The notes under the pieces were generated by a model, which did not search any database, was not told the DNA's origin, and worked only from the letters and a program-made list of their open reading frames with translations. The position numbers and the translations under genes were made by a program. A DNA stretch of 64,000 nt, from contig CBDFKD010000002.1 in NCBI GenBank assembly GCA_965248695.1, positions 5,184,001 to 5,248,000 of the forward strand, given 5' to 3'. Below, piece after piece: positions 19,127 to 29,554 of the stretch. The first letter of the stretch is position 1, and each line of letters starts with the position of its first letter. Origin of the DNA: Acidobacteriota bacterium. GTDB taxonomy: Bacteria > Acidobacteriota > UBA890 > WLXD01.

Positions 19127-19491
19127 TCCGGCTGTATCGCCACTTCGAGGGTATTGGTGATGAGCCGGTGCCCGAGGCGTGGTTCATCAGTCGGCTATGT
19201 GAGGAGTTTGGATGCACGCCACTGCAGGTGGTGGAGGATCTCGAAAACGACCCGGAGCGCTGGATGCTGCGCATCCTGCCGCTGCGGGCTTTGGCGCGCG
19301 CGTACCAAAGCTACAAGGCGGCTCAATCCAAGAAAGAACTTGGCAAGGCCATCCATCAAGACCCGTGGGTGCGGCGGGTCGTCGAGATCGACTTTGCCGA
19401 GAAGCGACGGCAGATAGAAGCCAACAAGCAAGGCGGCGACGAGGATGATTCCGATCGGGGTGCTCGAGGCGATCCTGCGGCTGCGGGATGA
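19114..19491 (+). CDS. gpT-like portion reached by -1 frameshift at GGGGGAA (19114-19120)
   Basis: Open -1 frame to 19491 with LCEEFGCTP motif and no own RBS/ATG. Confidence 0.7.
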   Translation, partial: GGSLVRLYRHFEGIGDEPVPEAWFISRLCEEFGCTPLQVVEDLENDPERWMLRILPLRALARAYQSYKAAQSKKELGKAIHQDPWVRRVVEIDFAEKRRQIEANKQGGDEDDSDRGARGDPAAAG

Positions 19492-22400
19492 GATGAGCCC
19501 GAAGCTGCAGGTCGCCGGCGAGCAGCTGCAGCAGACGGGCCGGTCCATGACCAGAGTCGGTGCCGGGCTGACGGCGGGGCTGACGTTGCCCATCGCTGGG
19601 GTTGGCATCGCGGCGATTAAGGCGGCGACCGACTTCAACAAGGGAATGGCCAACGTCGCCACGCTGATCCCCGGCAACACCGAGCGTGTCAAGGAGCTGA
19701 AGCGCTCGGTGCAGGACATGGCTGTAGCCACCGGCAAGAGCACGACCGACATCTCAGAAGGTCTGTATCAGGTCGTTTCCGCCTTCGGCGATACCGCCGA
19801 CACGGCGAAGATTCTCCAGACGAACGTCGAAGCCGCAGCAGCTGGCTTGGCCACCACGAGCGAGGCAATTGCGCTTACATCGGCCGTCACCAAAGCCTAC
19901 GGGGACACAAGCGCGGAGGCCGTACAGGCTGCTGCCGACATGGCGTTCGTGACCGTCAAGCTTGGCCAAACATCGTTTCCTGAGCTGGCTGCGTCTATCG
20001 GCAAGGTCGCGATCGGCGCCGCCGGCTTGAAGATCAGCCAGCAAGAACTGAACGCCGTGTTTGCCACGATGACAGGCGTAACCGGCGGCGCTGCGGAGGT
20101 GGCCACGCAGTTCCGCGGCGCGATGACCGGCCTGAAGAAACCGAGCGACGACATGATCGTCGCGCTCGACGAGATCGGTTTCTCAACAGAGGTGTACGGC
20201 GCTCGAGCAGGAGAGGCCGCAGTCGAGAGTCTCGGCTTTCAAGGCACGCTGGCAGCTCTAACGGAGGCCTCGGGCGGCAACGCAGCCGCGATGGCGAAGC
20301 TGTTCGGGTCAACCGAGAGCTGGGACTTCATCGCCGGCCTCGCAGGCTCGCAGGCCGAGACGTTCGGCAGCAAGTTGGGCGAGTTGGCCGAGTTCTCTGG
20401 TGCGGCAACCGAAGCGCTCAACGAGCAACAACGCGGCGTCAACGAGGCCGGCTTCCATTGGGAGGTGCTGAAGCAGAAGGTGGTCGTGGCTGCGCAGAAG
20501 TTCGGAGACGAGCTCTTGCCGATCGTGATGCGCGTCGGGGAGAGTTTGCGACCGTTGTTGGACATGGTGCTCCGGGGCGCGGAATGGTTCGGCAAGCTGC
20601 CGGTGCCGGTGCAGACGGCAGGGGTGATGTTAGCGGGGCTGGCGGCGGCGGCGGGGCCGGTGCTGATCGTGCTCGGAACGATGGCCTCCTCGATTGGAAC
20701 GCTACTGCCGCTGCTTACAGGAGCAGGTTTGGCGGGAGCGGCAAGCAGCGTCATTGCTGTCCTTACTGGCCCGGTGGGGTGGGTTCTGGCGATCGGCGCC
20801 GTGGTCAGTGCCCTCGGTTTTCTCGTGCTCAAGGTACAGGAATCGAATCGGATTCTCGAAGAACACAAGCGTCGGGCCGAAGAGATTTCGGAGGCGGCGC
20901 GCGACTACGAACGCGAGGCGCAGCTGCTTGCCGGCACCTTTCGCGGTGCTCTGAGTCAGGGGCTGGATGCGGCGCGTCAGGCGACCGATGAATATCTCGA
21001 CTCGCTGGAACTTGGCGCCGAAGGTGTCGTGGAGCTTTCCAGTGGCCTGCGGCTGCTGCTGAACGACAACAAGCTAACGAGAGAGCAGTTCAATGAGCTG
21101 TCCGGTGCGCTCGCCGAGTACCGGCAGCGGTCCAAGGATGCTGCTTTACAGCTACCAATTTTGAGTGCGGAACAGGATCGAGCTAGGGAGGCGGCAAGGC
21201 TTCTCGCAGAGGCGCTGGAGGGCTTCACGCTTGCCGAAGATGTTGCCAAGGATATCGACAAGCTGCGCCTAGCGGTCGAGTCCGCTGAAGCGCCGACCGT
21301 GCAGTTGGAGGCCGCTTGGAAGGACCTGGTAGCAAAGATGCAAGAGGCCGGATTGGAGATACCGGTCTCCATGAGCGCCATCGCCGACAGCCTCAATATC
21401 GTCGAGCGGAGCTTCGAGCGCGCCCGCGAGGAACAGGAAAAGCGATGGGACACAGCCAACCTCAAAGCGCTGAATGATGGATTCGACCAGCTCCAAACCG
21501 AGCTGCTTGAAGCCGAAAAAGCTGCGCTCCAAGCCGGGGAAGCGCTGAAGAATTTTGTTATCCAGCCGCCGGACCCGAGCACCATCCCACAAATCGATGC
21601 TGTCACCCTGGCGGCCGAGAGGCTCGGGCTTAAGGCGGTCAACGTCGAGGAGCTGAATAAGAGCTTTGCTGACCTGCAAGCCGTCGTTGCAGCTGGGGGC
21701 TTCGCCCCATCGGATCTGAAGCGCATCTACGACGATCTGTACCGGACGTTCCAACAGCTGGGGCCATTGACCGACGAGCAGGCCGCTGCATTTGAACGGC
21801 TCCGCGGGCAGATCGAGCAACAACCAAACCTGTCGTTTTTCGGCAAGATCGGCGATTCGCTCAAGTCCGTCTTTGGCAAGCTGGCAGAGCTGGGCTCGGT
21901 GTTCACCAACGCACTCGGGACGCTGTTCACGGATGGCTTAAGCGGCGCTCTAGGAGCTCTCCAAACCGGCCTGTCGCAGCTGCTGTCCAAGGCGTTCAAC
22001 AGCGTCATTCCGGGGTTGGGTACCTTGGCGGCACCGCTGATCTCGGCGATCGAGAACCTGCTCTCCGGCATGTTCGGCAAGGCCCACGCGGCCGATCACG
22101 TAGCCGAGCAGTTTGGCATCGCCCTGTCCGACGGGCTCGCCAAGGCCATCGACGACCTCGCCGCCAGTCAGTTCCAAGGCAACTTCGATGCGGCTTTCCG
22201 CTCGATGATGGCGCAGGCGATCCAAGAGGCTTCGATCACCACAGAGGCGGAGCTATCCAAGTGGGTCACGCTGACCCATCAGATCCTCTCGTCTGTGGAC
22301 GAGGGGTTCATGAGCCTGCAGCAGGCCGTCGAGTCGATGTCGGACTCCTGGTTGGCTCTGGTGCCCGCGATGGAGGCGACGGGAGCGTCGGCGATGGGCC

Positions 22401-24301
22401 TGCAGGCGCAGATATCGGATCTGATATCTCGGGGCGTTGACCTGGACACGCTCGCCACACAGCTGCAGCCTGTGATCTCGGCGATGTTCGATTCCGGCAT
22501 CTCCGGAGCGCAAGAGCTCGTGGACTGGCTCAACACCATGGGTGTGGAGATCGACGGCGTTGCCACGAGCGCCGAGGCCGCCGTCGCCGCCATCGAGGCC
22601 GCGTTCGGTGCCGGTGACTTCAGCGCCATGAGTACCGCGATCCGCGACGCGATCGCGGCGGGTGTTGATCTGTCGAGTCTACAAGGGCTGCTGACGGACG
22701 TGATGGCCCAGTACAAGGACCTGGTACTGGGAGCCTCCCAGGAAGTTGTCGCCGGGGTGGAGGCGCTGTTTGCCACCGTACGGCGAGAAGTCGAGGTGCT
22801 GGCCGAGGACGGCTCTACCCAGACCATCGAGCAGCTGCGGCTCACCAAGCGGGAGGCGGAGTTTGCCGCCTCGGCCCTGCTGGTCACCTTCGAGCAGATG
22901 CGTGCCGCTGGCGTGCCGCTCACAGAGATCTTCGAGGCCATGGGAGATCAGATCACCCAGTTGGCTGACAACTTCAAAGGCGCACTGCCCCCGGTGCTCG
23001 CCGAGGTGGACGCGCTGTTTTCGGCCATGCAGGGGAGCGCCGCCAAGGCGATCGAGAAGGTTGACGCCATCGGCGGCTCTATCGGCGCGCTGGGGGAAAT
23101 GGGCCTGCTGAGCGCCGGGCAGCTGGATTTCTTTGGCGACAAGATCGACCGCGCCTACGCCAAGCTCATCGAAGGCGGTGCGGGCTCGGAGCAAGCGATG
23201 GCGCTGCTTGGGCCGCAGCTGCGGCAGCTGATTGACCTGTCCGAGCAATACGGTTTCAAGATCGACCGCAACACCCGGGCGCTGATCGATCAGGCTGATG
23301 CGTCGGGTCTGCTTCCGCCAGCGATCGAGCCGGTCGAGGATATCTTCGGCGACATCCGCTCGGTGATCATCCTGTTGGCTGAGTCGCTCGGTGTGCAGGT
23401 ACCGGCAGCGATCAAGCAGGCAGCAGATGCGGCGCAAGAGGCTGAGAACCGGATCAAGAGCCCCTTCAAGCGCGCCTTCATGGAGATGGCCGCGGATGCC
23501 GGCTGGGCAGCGCGAGAGACGCGCGGGGTATGGAGACAGCTGTCGCCGGATCTGCGGCGCGTGTTCGAGGAGGGTGGTGAAGTTGGCCGCGCCCAGTTCA
23601 AACAAATCGCCATGGCCGCCGGGCTGAGCGCGGCACAGGTGCGGCAGCTGTGGGGCTCGGACATGCGCACCGTCGAAGACATCTTCGGCCACGCCGGAAC
23701 GACCGGCGAGGAGGAAAACGTCAAGGTGGGCGAGGCGGCCGAGCGCGAGGCGAAGCGGTCGGCGCGCGAGATGCGCATCGCATTCATCGACCGGGTCATC
23801 CCGGCGCTGCGCCGCATCGGACAGGTCGGTGAGATTGAGGCGAAGCGGCTGGGGGACGCGTTCGTGGGGGCGGCAAAGGACTCTGCGGCCGAGTGGGAAG
23901 CGACGCAGCGAGCCACCGTCGGTAACTCTTCGATTCTGGATATCTCACGACGCGGCATCGAAGCGGCCGAGGTGCTCGGTGGTAGTCAGGTCGAAGCGGC
24001 CATGCGTGCCGCGCACACCTGGAGCCTCGCCTCGGACACGATTGCCCGGTCGATGAACCGTACGGAATCAGCGGTTTCCGCGATTCCCTCGTCGGTGTCC
24101 GTGTCGGTGGGCACGGGGCCAAGGGATTCGATTCCCGCACCGGTCGCGGCTGCATCGGCCCCCGCACCATCCAGGCGCCCCGACGAGACGTTATTGCGCG
24201 AACTGCTCCATGAGCTCCGTGCGCTCCGGCAGGACCAGCGCACCTACTTGCCGGACGCGCTGCGCACCGCTGCCCGGCACGGGAAGCAGACGAGCAGCTG
24301 A
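19445..24301 (+). CDS. Tail tape measure protein (TP901 family)
   Basis: 1618 aa, Ala/Gly-rich and helical; LT.GLTLPI.G.G.AA.K...DF and TVKLGQTSF.ELA motifs. Confidence 0.95.
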   Translation: MIPIGVLEAILRLRDEMSPKLQVAGEQLQQTGRSMTRVGAGLTAGLTLPIAGVGIAAIKAATDFNKGMANVATLIPGNTERVKELKRSVQDMAVATGKSTTDISEGLYQVVSAFGDTADTAKILQTNVEAAAAGLATTSEAIALTSAVTKAYGDTSAEAVQAAADMAFVTVKLGQTSFPELAASIGKVAIGAAGLKISQQELNAVFATMTGVTGGAAEVATQFRGAMTGLKKPSDDMIVALDEIGFSTEVYGARAGEAAVESLGFQGTLAALTEASGGNAAAMAKLFGSTESWDFIAGLAGSQAETFGSKLGELAEFSGAATEALNEQQRGVNEAGFHWEVLKQKVVVAAQKFGDELLPIVMRVGESLRPLLDMVLRGAEWFGKLPVPVQTAGVMLAGLAAAAGPVLIVLGTMASSIGTLLPLLTGAGLAGAASSVIAVLTGPVGWVLAIGAVVSALGFLVLKVQESNRILEEHKRRAEEISEAARDYEREAQLLAGTFRGALSQGLDAARQATDEYLDSLELGAEGVVELSSGLRLLLNDNKLTREQFNELSGALAEYRQRSKDAALQLPILSAEQDRAREAARLLAEALEGFTLAEDVAKDIDKLRLAVESAEAPTVQLEAAWKDLVAKMQEAGLEIPVSMSAIADSLNIVERSFERAREEQEKRWDTANLKALNDGFDQLQTELLEAEKAALQAGEALKNFVIQPPDPSTIPQIDAVTLAAERLGLKAVNVEELNKSFADLQAVVAAGGFAPSDLKRIYDDLYRTFQQLGPLTDEQAAAFERLRGQIEQQPNLSFFGKIGDSLKSVFGKLAELGSVFTNALGTLFTDGLSGALGALQTGLSQLLSKAFNSVIPGLGTLAAPLISAIENLLSGMFGKAHAADHVAEQFGIALSDGLAKAIDDLAASQFQGNFDAAFRSMMAQAIQEASITTEAELSKWVTLTHQILSSVDEGFMSLQQAVESMSDSWLALVPAMEATGASAMGLQAQISDLISRGVDLDTLATQLQPVISAMFDSGISGAQELVDWLNTMGVEIDGVATSAEAAVAAIEAAFGAGDFSAMSTAIRDAIAAGVDLSSLQGLLTDVMAQYKDLVLGASQEVVAGVEALFATVRREVEVLAEDGSTQTIEQLRLTKREAEFAASALLVTFEQMRAAGVPLTEIFEAMGDQITQLADNFKGALPPVLAEVDALFSAMQGSAAKAIEKVDAIGGSIGALGEMGLLSAGQLDFFGDKIDRAYAKLIEGGAGSEQAMALLGPQLRQLIDLSEQYGFKIDRNTRALIDQADASGLLPPAIEPVEDIFGDIRSVIILLAESLGVQVPAAIKQAADAAQEAENRIKSPFKRAFMEMAADAGWAARETRGVWRQLSPDLRRVFEEGGEVGRAQFKQIAMAAGLSAAQVRQLWGSDMRTVEDIFGHAGTTGEEENVKVGEAAEREAKRSAREMRIAFIDRVIPALRRIGQVGEIEAKRLGDAFVGAAKDSAAEWEATQRATVGNSSILDISRRGIEAAEVLGGSQVEAAMRAAHTWSLASDTIARSMNRTESAVSAIPSSVSVSVGTGPRDSIPAPVAAASAPAPSRRPDETLLRELLHELRALRQDQRTYLPDALRTAARHGKQTSS

Positions 24302-25848
24302 TGGCGGAGGTGGCGATGGAGTTTTACCTGTCAGGATCCTGGAGGGACGTGAGCGTCGACGTGCTCGCTGCCCACCCGATCAGCTGGCAGCGCGGCATTC
24401 CCGGCTCCGGGCCGCAAGATCTGATCGGGCAGCCGGGTCGCATGAACTGGGTGATGAACAACGGCAACAACTCCGGCGGTGTTGCCGGCTACTACTCACC
24501 CGGGCACGCCAGCGTGCGGACCGGGTTCAAGCACGGTATGCGTGTACGGCTGACGATCGATGCAGGCAACGACTCCGCCGGCAACAACGTCAGCCGCACC
24601 GTGTTCGCCGGCAAGCTCAAGGAGGCCAACCCGATACCGGGCGCCTACACGGTGCACGAAACACACTGCATCGCCTGTGACTGGCTGGAGGACCTGGCGG
24701 ATCTGAAGGACGTGCGCCTGAGCCTACGGGAAAACGTTCGCTCCGATCAGTTAATCGATGACCTCGTGGCGCTAGTGGCCATGGCGCCGACCAGCAAGAG
24801 CCTCGATGTGGGCATCGACACCTACACGTTCGCCTTTGACGATCTCGGGGACAAAGATCCCAGCCCGATGTCGCTGGCGCACGCCATCTGCATGAGCGAA
24901 CGGGGCTACCTGTATGTGCGGGGTAACACGACCGATGGCGAGACGCTGCGGTTCGAAAACCGTCACGCGCGCGCCACCAAGAGCCTGGATTTGACGCTCA
25001 CCGCCTCGCAGGTGCGCGACATCCGCGTGCCTTCGGCCATGGATCGGATCTACAACCACGTCGAAGCGACGGCCCACCCGCGCAACAAGGGCAGCACCAT
25101 CATCGTGCTCGTGAGCCTGGATGAAGAGATCGAACTCCGATCTGGACAGACCGTTGAACTGTTCGTCGCCTACACCGATCCGAACAACAAGGACGCCCGT
25201 ATAGGTGGCGCCAACATGGTCGCACCGGTATCGGGTACTGATTACACGGCCCGTGACGCCGCCAACGGTGGGGGGAGTCTCATCACCTCCCAGTTTGACC
25301 TATCCGACACGGAGTTTCAGGGCTCCGGGTGCAATATCGTGGCCACCAATAACGCCGACAAAACAGGCTACCTGCGAGGCCCCGGCACCAGCCCAGGCAT
25401 GCAGATACGGGGCAAGCCGCTGTATCGGTACTCGCCCGTATCGCAGCGCGGCAAAGGCTCCACCGACAGCATCACCGACTACGGAGAGCGGTGGTTGCGC
25501 ATCGACATGCCCTACCAGGACAACGTTCTGGTGGCGCAAGACGTAGCGAACTTCACCGCCAACGTCTATGACGGGATCCTCAACACGCCGACCGAAGTGT
25601 CACCAATGACCGAGAGGCCTGCTCTGTTGGTGTCCTGTCTGCCGGTGGATATTGGCTCGCGCATCAAGGTGACCGAGGCGCAGTCCGGGGTGGATGGCGC
25701 GGAGGTGTTCATCAACGGCGTCCGCGGTCGGGTGCTCAACAAGACGGTGAGCTTGGAGTGGATTGTGGCCCCGGCTGATACGACCGCCGTGTTCATTCTG
25801 GATGATCCGGTGGCCGGGATCCTGGACGCCAACGCACTGGGGTACTGA
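24301..25848 (+). CDS. Tail tip/hub protein
   Basis: Follows the tape measure gene; beta-rich; C-terminal FILDD...GILD...LGY. Confidence 0.7.
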   Translation: MAEVAMEFYLSGSWRDVSVDVLAAHPISWQRGIPGSGPQDLIGQPGRMNWVMNNGNNSGGVAGYYSPGHASVRTGFKHGMRVRLTIDAGNDSAGNNVSRTVFAGKLKEANPIPGAYTVHETHCIACDWLEDLADLKDVRLSLRENVRSDQLIDDLVALVAMAPTSKSLDVGIDTYTFAFDDLGDKDPSPMSLAHAICMSERGYLYVRGNTTDGETLRFENRHARATKSLDLTLTASQVRDIRVPSAMDRIYNHVEATAHPRNKGSTIIVLVSLDEEIELRSGQTVELFVAYTDPNNKDARIGGANMVAPVSGTDYTARDAANGGGSLITSQFDLSDTEFQGSGCNIVATNNADKTGYLRGPGTSPGMQIRGKPLYRYSPVSQRGKGSTDSITDYGERWLRIDMPYQDNVLVAQDVANFTANVYDGILNTPTEVSPMTERPALLVSCLPVDIGSRIKVTEAQSGVDGAEVFINGVRGRVLNKTVSLEWIVAPADTTAVFILDDPVAGILDANALGY

Positions 25849-26243
25849 TGATGCACCGCTACATACTGGGCATTCGGGACCAGCACTTGGTCGTTGACGA
25901 GACCAGGTTGCTTGCCAAGCTCGACCAACAGGTCGCCAAGTCACAGCGTCTGGGAGCGCGCATCCAGGTGCACCCGGAGGGCGAGGAGATTGTGGCGTAC
26001 TGCAACCACGGCCGCTGGGTGGCGGACTGCCCGTGCGGCGGGGGCGTGGCGGTGGAGCCGGAGTTTGACAAGGCAGCCTGCTTCGGGTGCGGGGCGGTGT
26101 ACTCGTCAGTCCGGTTCCCTCGGCACCGTGACCAGATCGAGCGACAGCTGCTGAAGCGTCCCCGGATGGACAACCGCAACTGGGAGCCGGGCGAGACGGT
26201 ACGGCAGCTGCGTCGGGACAACCGCAGCCGGGGGATCAGGTAG
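25848..26243 (+). CDS. Cys-rich hypothetical tail-region protein
   Basis: NHGRWVADCPC..C.GC, RNW.PGET. Confidence 0.65.
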   Translation: MMHRYILGIRDQHLVVDETRLLAKLDQQVAKSQRLGARIQVHPEGEEIVAYCNHGRWVADCPCGGGVAVEPEFDKAACFGCGAVYSSVRFPRHRDQIERQLLKRPRMDNRNWEPGETVRQLRRDNRSRGIR

Positions 26244-27491
26244 ATGGCCTGGACGACTCCCAAGACATTCGTGGCCGGTGCCGTGCTGACGGCGGCGGAG
26301 CTGAACACGCATATGCGTGACAACCTGAACCATCTGTTCGACAGCATCGACGATGTCGGCACGCTCTTCAACATCGCCTCCAAGACGGCTGCCTACACCG
26401 CCACCACCGCCGACACGGTACTGCTGTGCGATGCCTCCTCGGGTGCCTTCACTCTCACGCTGCCGGCAGCCTCGGGCAACGCTGGGCTGTACTACCTGAT
26501 CAAGAAGATCGACTCCTCCGCCAACGCCATCACCATCGATGCCAACGGCTCAGAGACCATCGATGGGGCCACGACCTACGTGTCGGAGATGGAGGATCAA
26601 GCGGTACTGATCGTTTGCGATGGCTCCAACTGGGAGACGCTATCGCACACCGCCAACAGTCTGCTGAACGTGGTCTCCAAGACCAGCGCCTATACGGCCT
26701 CGGCCACCGTAGACCAGGTGATCTTGTGCGATGCTTCTTCGGCAGCTTTCACCCTCACGCTGCCAGCCGCTTCGAGCAACGCCGGGGTGTACCTGTACAT
26801 CAAAAAGATCGACTCCTCCGCCAACGCGGTGACGATCGATGGCAATGCCTCAGAGACCATCGATGGGGCCACCACGTTCGTGGTGAACTACGAGGATCAG
26901 GCCGTTGTCCTCGCGTGCGACGGGACCAACTGGGAGACGCTAGCGCGGACCAGCACGCCGGTCTCCGCAATGGCCTTGATCGCCGCGGCGACGCCAGCCA
27001 GCGGAACGATCTCGATGAGCTCCCTCACCACCACCGACTACGACGCGCTGTGGCTGGTGGTTACGGGTCTGGAGTCCGATACCGATCAGGATGAAGTAGA
27101 GATGCAGCTCAATGCCACCACCGCGGGCTACCACTATGCGGACGAGATCGTCAGCGAGACGACCATCGAGCAATCCTTCGGCGCCGGCAACGCCGGCTCG
27201 ATCAAGCTGCTGTCCAATAGCGTCGGGGCCCGGAGGCTGGGCAATGCCGCCGATGAGGGGGCGTTCTTTTCGGTCTGGATCGACAACGACCACCACGCCA
27301 ACGAGTTTCTGGTGTTTTACCAAGGCTCCTATGTGGACGCTGACGGCAGGCTCTGGTCCTCGCTCGGCGGCAGCGGCTGGGTGGATCTGGGCACCGCCAC
27401 CTCGATCACGCAGATTGACATCAAGGCCACCACGGGCAACCTGGATGCAGGCACAGCACGTTTGTACGGGCTCCGAAAGGCGGCGGCATGA
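26244..27491 (+). CDS. Tail fibre/receptor-binding protein with two tandem ~90-aa repeats
   Basis: MAWTTP.T..AG.VLTAA..N..RDN N-terminus; repeats at ~26378-26642 and ~26675-26942. Confidence 0.75.
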   Translation: MAWTTPKTFVAGAVLTAAELNTHMRDNLNHLFDSIDDVGTLFNIASKTAAYTATTADTVLLCDASSGAFTLTLPAASGNAGLYYLIKKIDSSANAITIDANGSETIDGATTYVSEMEDQAVLIVCDGSNWETLSHTANSLLNVVSKTSAYTASATVDQVILCDASSAAFTLTLPAASSNAGVYLYIKKIDSSANAVTIDGNASETIDGATTFVVNYEDQAVVLACDGTNWETLARTSTPVSAMALIAAATPASGTISMSSLTTTDYDALWLVVTGLESDTDQDEVEMQLNATTAGYHYADEIVSETTIEQSFGAGNAGSIKLLSNSVGARRLGNAADEGAFFSVWIDNDHHANEFLVFYQGSYVDADGRLWSSLGGSGWVDLGTATSITQIDIKATTGNLDAGTARLYGLRKAAA

Positions 27492-27916
27492 ACTACAAGC
27501 TCCTGGTGCGGGATGAGGACGGAGAGATCCTGGCCTCAAGGCGCGCACCGAAACAGCCGGATGGCTCCTATGAAGGGCAGCCCCTGGACTACGTCGCGCC
27601 CAACGATCCGAAGGCCGTGCGCTACGGCATCGACGAGGTTGTGGCCACGGACGTGTGGACGGGCTCCGGCGCCCTGCGCTCCGGCTACTCGGTGGTTGTG
27701 ATCGACTCCGCAGTGCACCCGAAGATGACAGCGCACAAGGTGCTGGAGGGGCAGCTGGTGGACAAGAGTGCCTCGGAGCGGGAGGCTTCGGAGCGGGCCT
27801 CCAAGCCGGCCGAGGAGCGCCGGCGCGAGGATGCGCTCGCGTGGCTGGCAGAAAACCCCGATGCGTTGGTGCCCGCCTCACGAGTGTTGCAGTTGATGGG
27901 GCAGGCGGATGCATGA
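27488..27916 (+). CDS. Hypothetical protein (possible fibre chaperone)
   Basis: ATGA-coupled to the fibre gene. Confidence 0.55.
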   Translation: MNYKLLVRDEDGEILASRRAPKQPDGSYEGQPLDYVAPNDPKAVRYGIDEVVATDVWTGSGALRSGYSVVVIDSAVHPKMTAHKVLEGQLVDKSASEREASERASKPAEERRREDALAWLAENPDALVPASRVLQLMGQADA

Positions 27917-28130
27917 GGGGGTCGCGCAGCTGGACTACGAGGCTCTGGAGCGGCTGTATTGGCAGCTACCGGAGCCGATGCGGAGCCAGTTTCAGCAGCA
28001 ACCGTGCATCCAGAAGGTACGGTGCCCACAGTGCCAGAGTCGACTGCTTGATCTACGAGGTAGCATCGCGCACATTAAGTGCAGGTGCGGCAAGGTCCAC
28101 AAGCTGGGCCGGCTGAGCCTGACAATCTAA
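27909..28130 (+). CDS. Com-family zinc-finger regulator
   Basis: VRCPQCQSRLL...IKCRCGKV pattern resembles Mu Com. Confidence 0.7.
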   Translation: MHEGVAQLDYEALERLYWQLPEPMRSQFQQQPCIQKVRCPQCQSRLLDLRGSIAHIKCRCGKVHKLGRLSLTI

Positions 28131-28174
28131 GAGCCCCGAGAGGGCCTAAAACCTAACCGAGACCCGAGAGGTCC
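28131..28174 (+). promoter_or_regulatory. Twin RNA hairpins GA-GNCC-CGAGA-GGNC-C
   Basis: 28131-28146 and 28159-28174, with a compensatory C-G to A-T change. Confidence 0.65.
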
Positions 28175-28198
28175 AGGCGTATTCGCCTGGGCCTTTTT
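28169..28198 (+). terminator. Intrinsic terminator upstream of the lysis cluster
   Basis: AGGTCCAGGCG-TATT-CGCCTGGGCCT then TTTT. Confidence 0.8.
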
Positions 28199-28214
28199 GT
28201 ATGCAGAGACTCCG

Positions 28215-29249
28215 ATGACGAGCAACATGAATCGCCGGCAGCTGCTCAAGAGGGGCGGCGCCAGCAGCGCGCTGCTGGGCGTGGGCGACCTTTCCCCGCT
28301 GCTGGCCCCACGCATACTCGTGGGTCCCTTCGTACAGGAACTGCTCACGTACCGGCGCGCCACCCAGCTGCGACTCGTGCGTCAGGCCCAAGAGCTCGGT
28401 CTGGATGCCCTCGGCTTTTGCCTGTGGCCCATCGTGCCGGGGGGCGTGGAGATAATCCGCTACCCGGTGCCGTATGCCGGCTACGACCTGTCCCGGCCCA
28501 CGGTGCCGTACCAGCGACGCCTGCACGAGACCGTGAGTGCCTCGGTGGCGGCCGGCATCCGGCCCTACGTCTACGGGCCGATGTTCCCGGACCTACGCCG
28601 TTACCACCCGATGTTCGAGCGCATGAGGTTCGGTGGCCGCGGCATCCGTGCGGCGGACTGGGCCACTTGGAGCCCGCTGGCGCACGATGCCTGGAGCCAT
28701 TTCCTGTTGCGCATCCACGCCGAGTACGGCGACGCGGTGGCCTACGTGGACGGTGTGGAGCCATTCACGCGCTACCTGCCGCCGCCCCCGAACCACTTCA
28801 CGGCTCAGATGAGGCAGGCGCTCCCGGGCATCCTGTCGGCGGGCATCCACGAGCGTCACTTTAACCCCGGCGACTCCGACATCCCGCATGCCCGCGTCGT
28901 GGCTTCCGACGGCTGGGGCCGCAGCACGCGGCGCTGGCACTGGGGCCGCCCGACAACAGGGACGGGTCCCGTCCGCCGGCCCTTGGCGGCGCTGCCCCCG
29001 GGTAAGGCATCCGACCAGCGAACCGCTGAGGGCCAGGTGGCCTCCTACTTTCGTGGCGCTGCCGATACGGCCCAGGCGCAGGGCGCCGAGGCGTTCCTGG
29101 TGCTGCACACCCCTGGCTGGGTGGTGTCCTCGGAAAAGGAGGCCAAGGCGCAGGCCAACGACCCGGACCACTACCAGGGTCACCCGGCGGTGGCGAGTCT
29201 GCATGCACCGCCCTTCGGGGCCATCTATCAACAGCTGGCGGCGGCATGA
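28215..29249 (+). CDS. Hypothetical protein with Tat-like N-terminus
   Basis: MNRRQLLK motif; long ORF coupled to the next gene. Confidence 0.6.
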   Translation: MTSNMNRRQLLKRGGASSALLGVGDLSPLLAPRILVGPFVQELLTYRRATQLRLVRQAQELGLDALGFCLWPIVPGGVEIIRYPVPYAGYDLSRPTVPYQRRLHETVSASVAAGIRPYVYGPMFPDLRRYHPMFERMRFGGRGIRAADWATWSPLAHDAWSHFLLRIHAEYGDAVAYVDGVEPFTRYLPPPPNHFTAQMRQALPGILSAGIHERHFNPGDSDIPHARVVASDGWGRSTRRWHWGRPTTGTGPVRRPLAALPPGKASDQRTAEGQVASYFRGAADTAQAQGAEAFLVLHTPGWVVSSEKEAKAQANDPDHYQGHPAVASLHAPPFGAIYQQLAAA

Positions 29250-29554
29250 GCGAGGAGCGGCTAGCGCGCATCGAGACGGCCGTGGCGCGCACGGAAGCCA
29301 ACGTGGCTGCCCTCAAAGGGGATGTCGAAACGCTCAATGAACGGCTGTGGAGGGGCAACGGCGGCAAGAGCCTCATGGTTCGCATAGAGCTGCTTGAGCA
29401 AACCCAGGTGACCACGGAGCACATCGAGCAGTTAGAAGCAGATCGAGAGAAACGAGAGGCAGCTCGCCGCTGGCACATCCGACACCTATGGGCCGCCATC
29501 GGAGCCGTGGTGGCCACCATCGTAGCCGGCTGGATCTTCGGAGGAGGGAGTTGA
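29246..29554 (+). CDS. Coiled-coil protein with C-terminal TM segment (holin/XhlA-like)
   Basis: EERLARIE heptads and a hydrophobic tail. Confidence 0.6.
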   Translation: MSEERLARIETAVARTEANVAALKGDVETLNERLWRGNGGKSLMVRIELLEQTQVTTEHIEQLEADREKREAARRWHIRHLWAAIGAVVATIVAGWIFGGGS

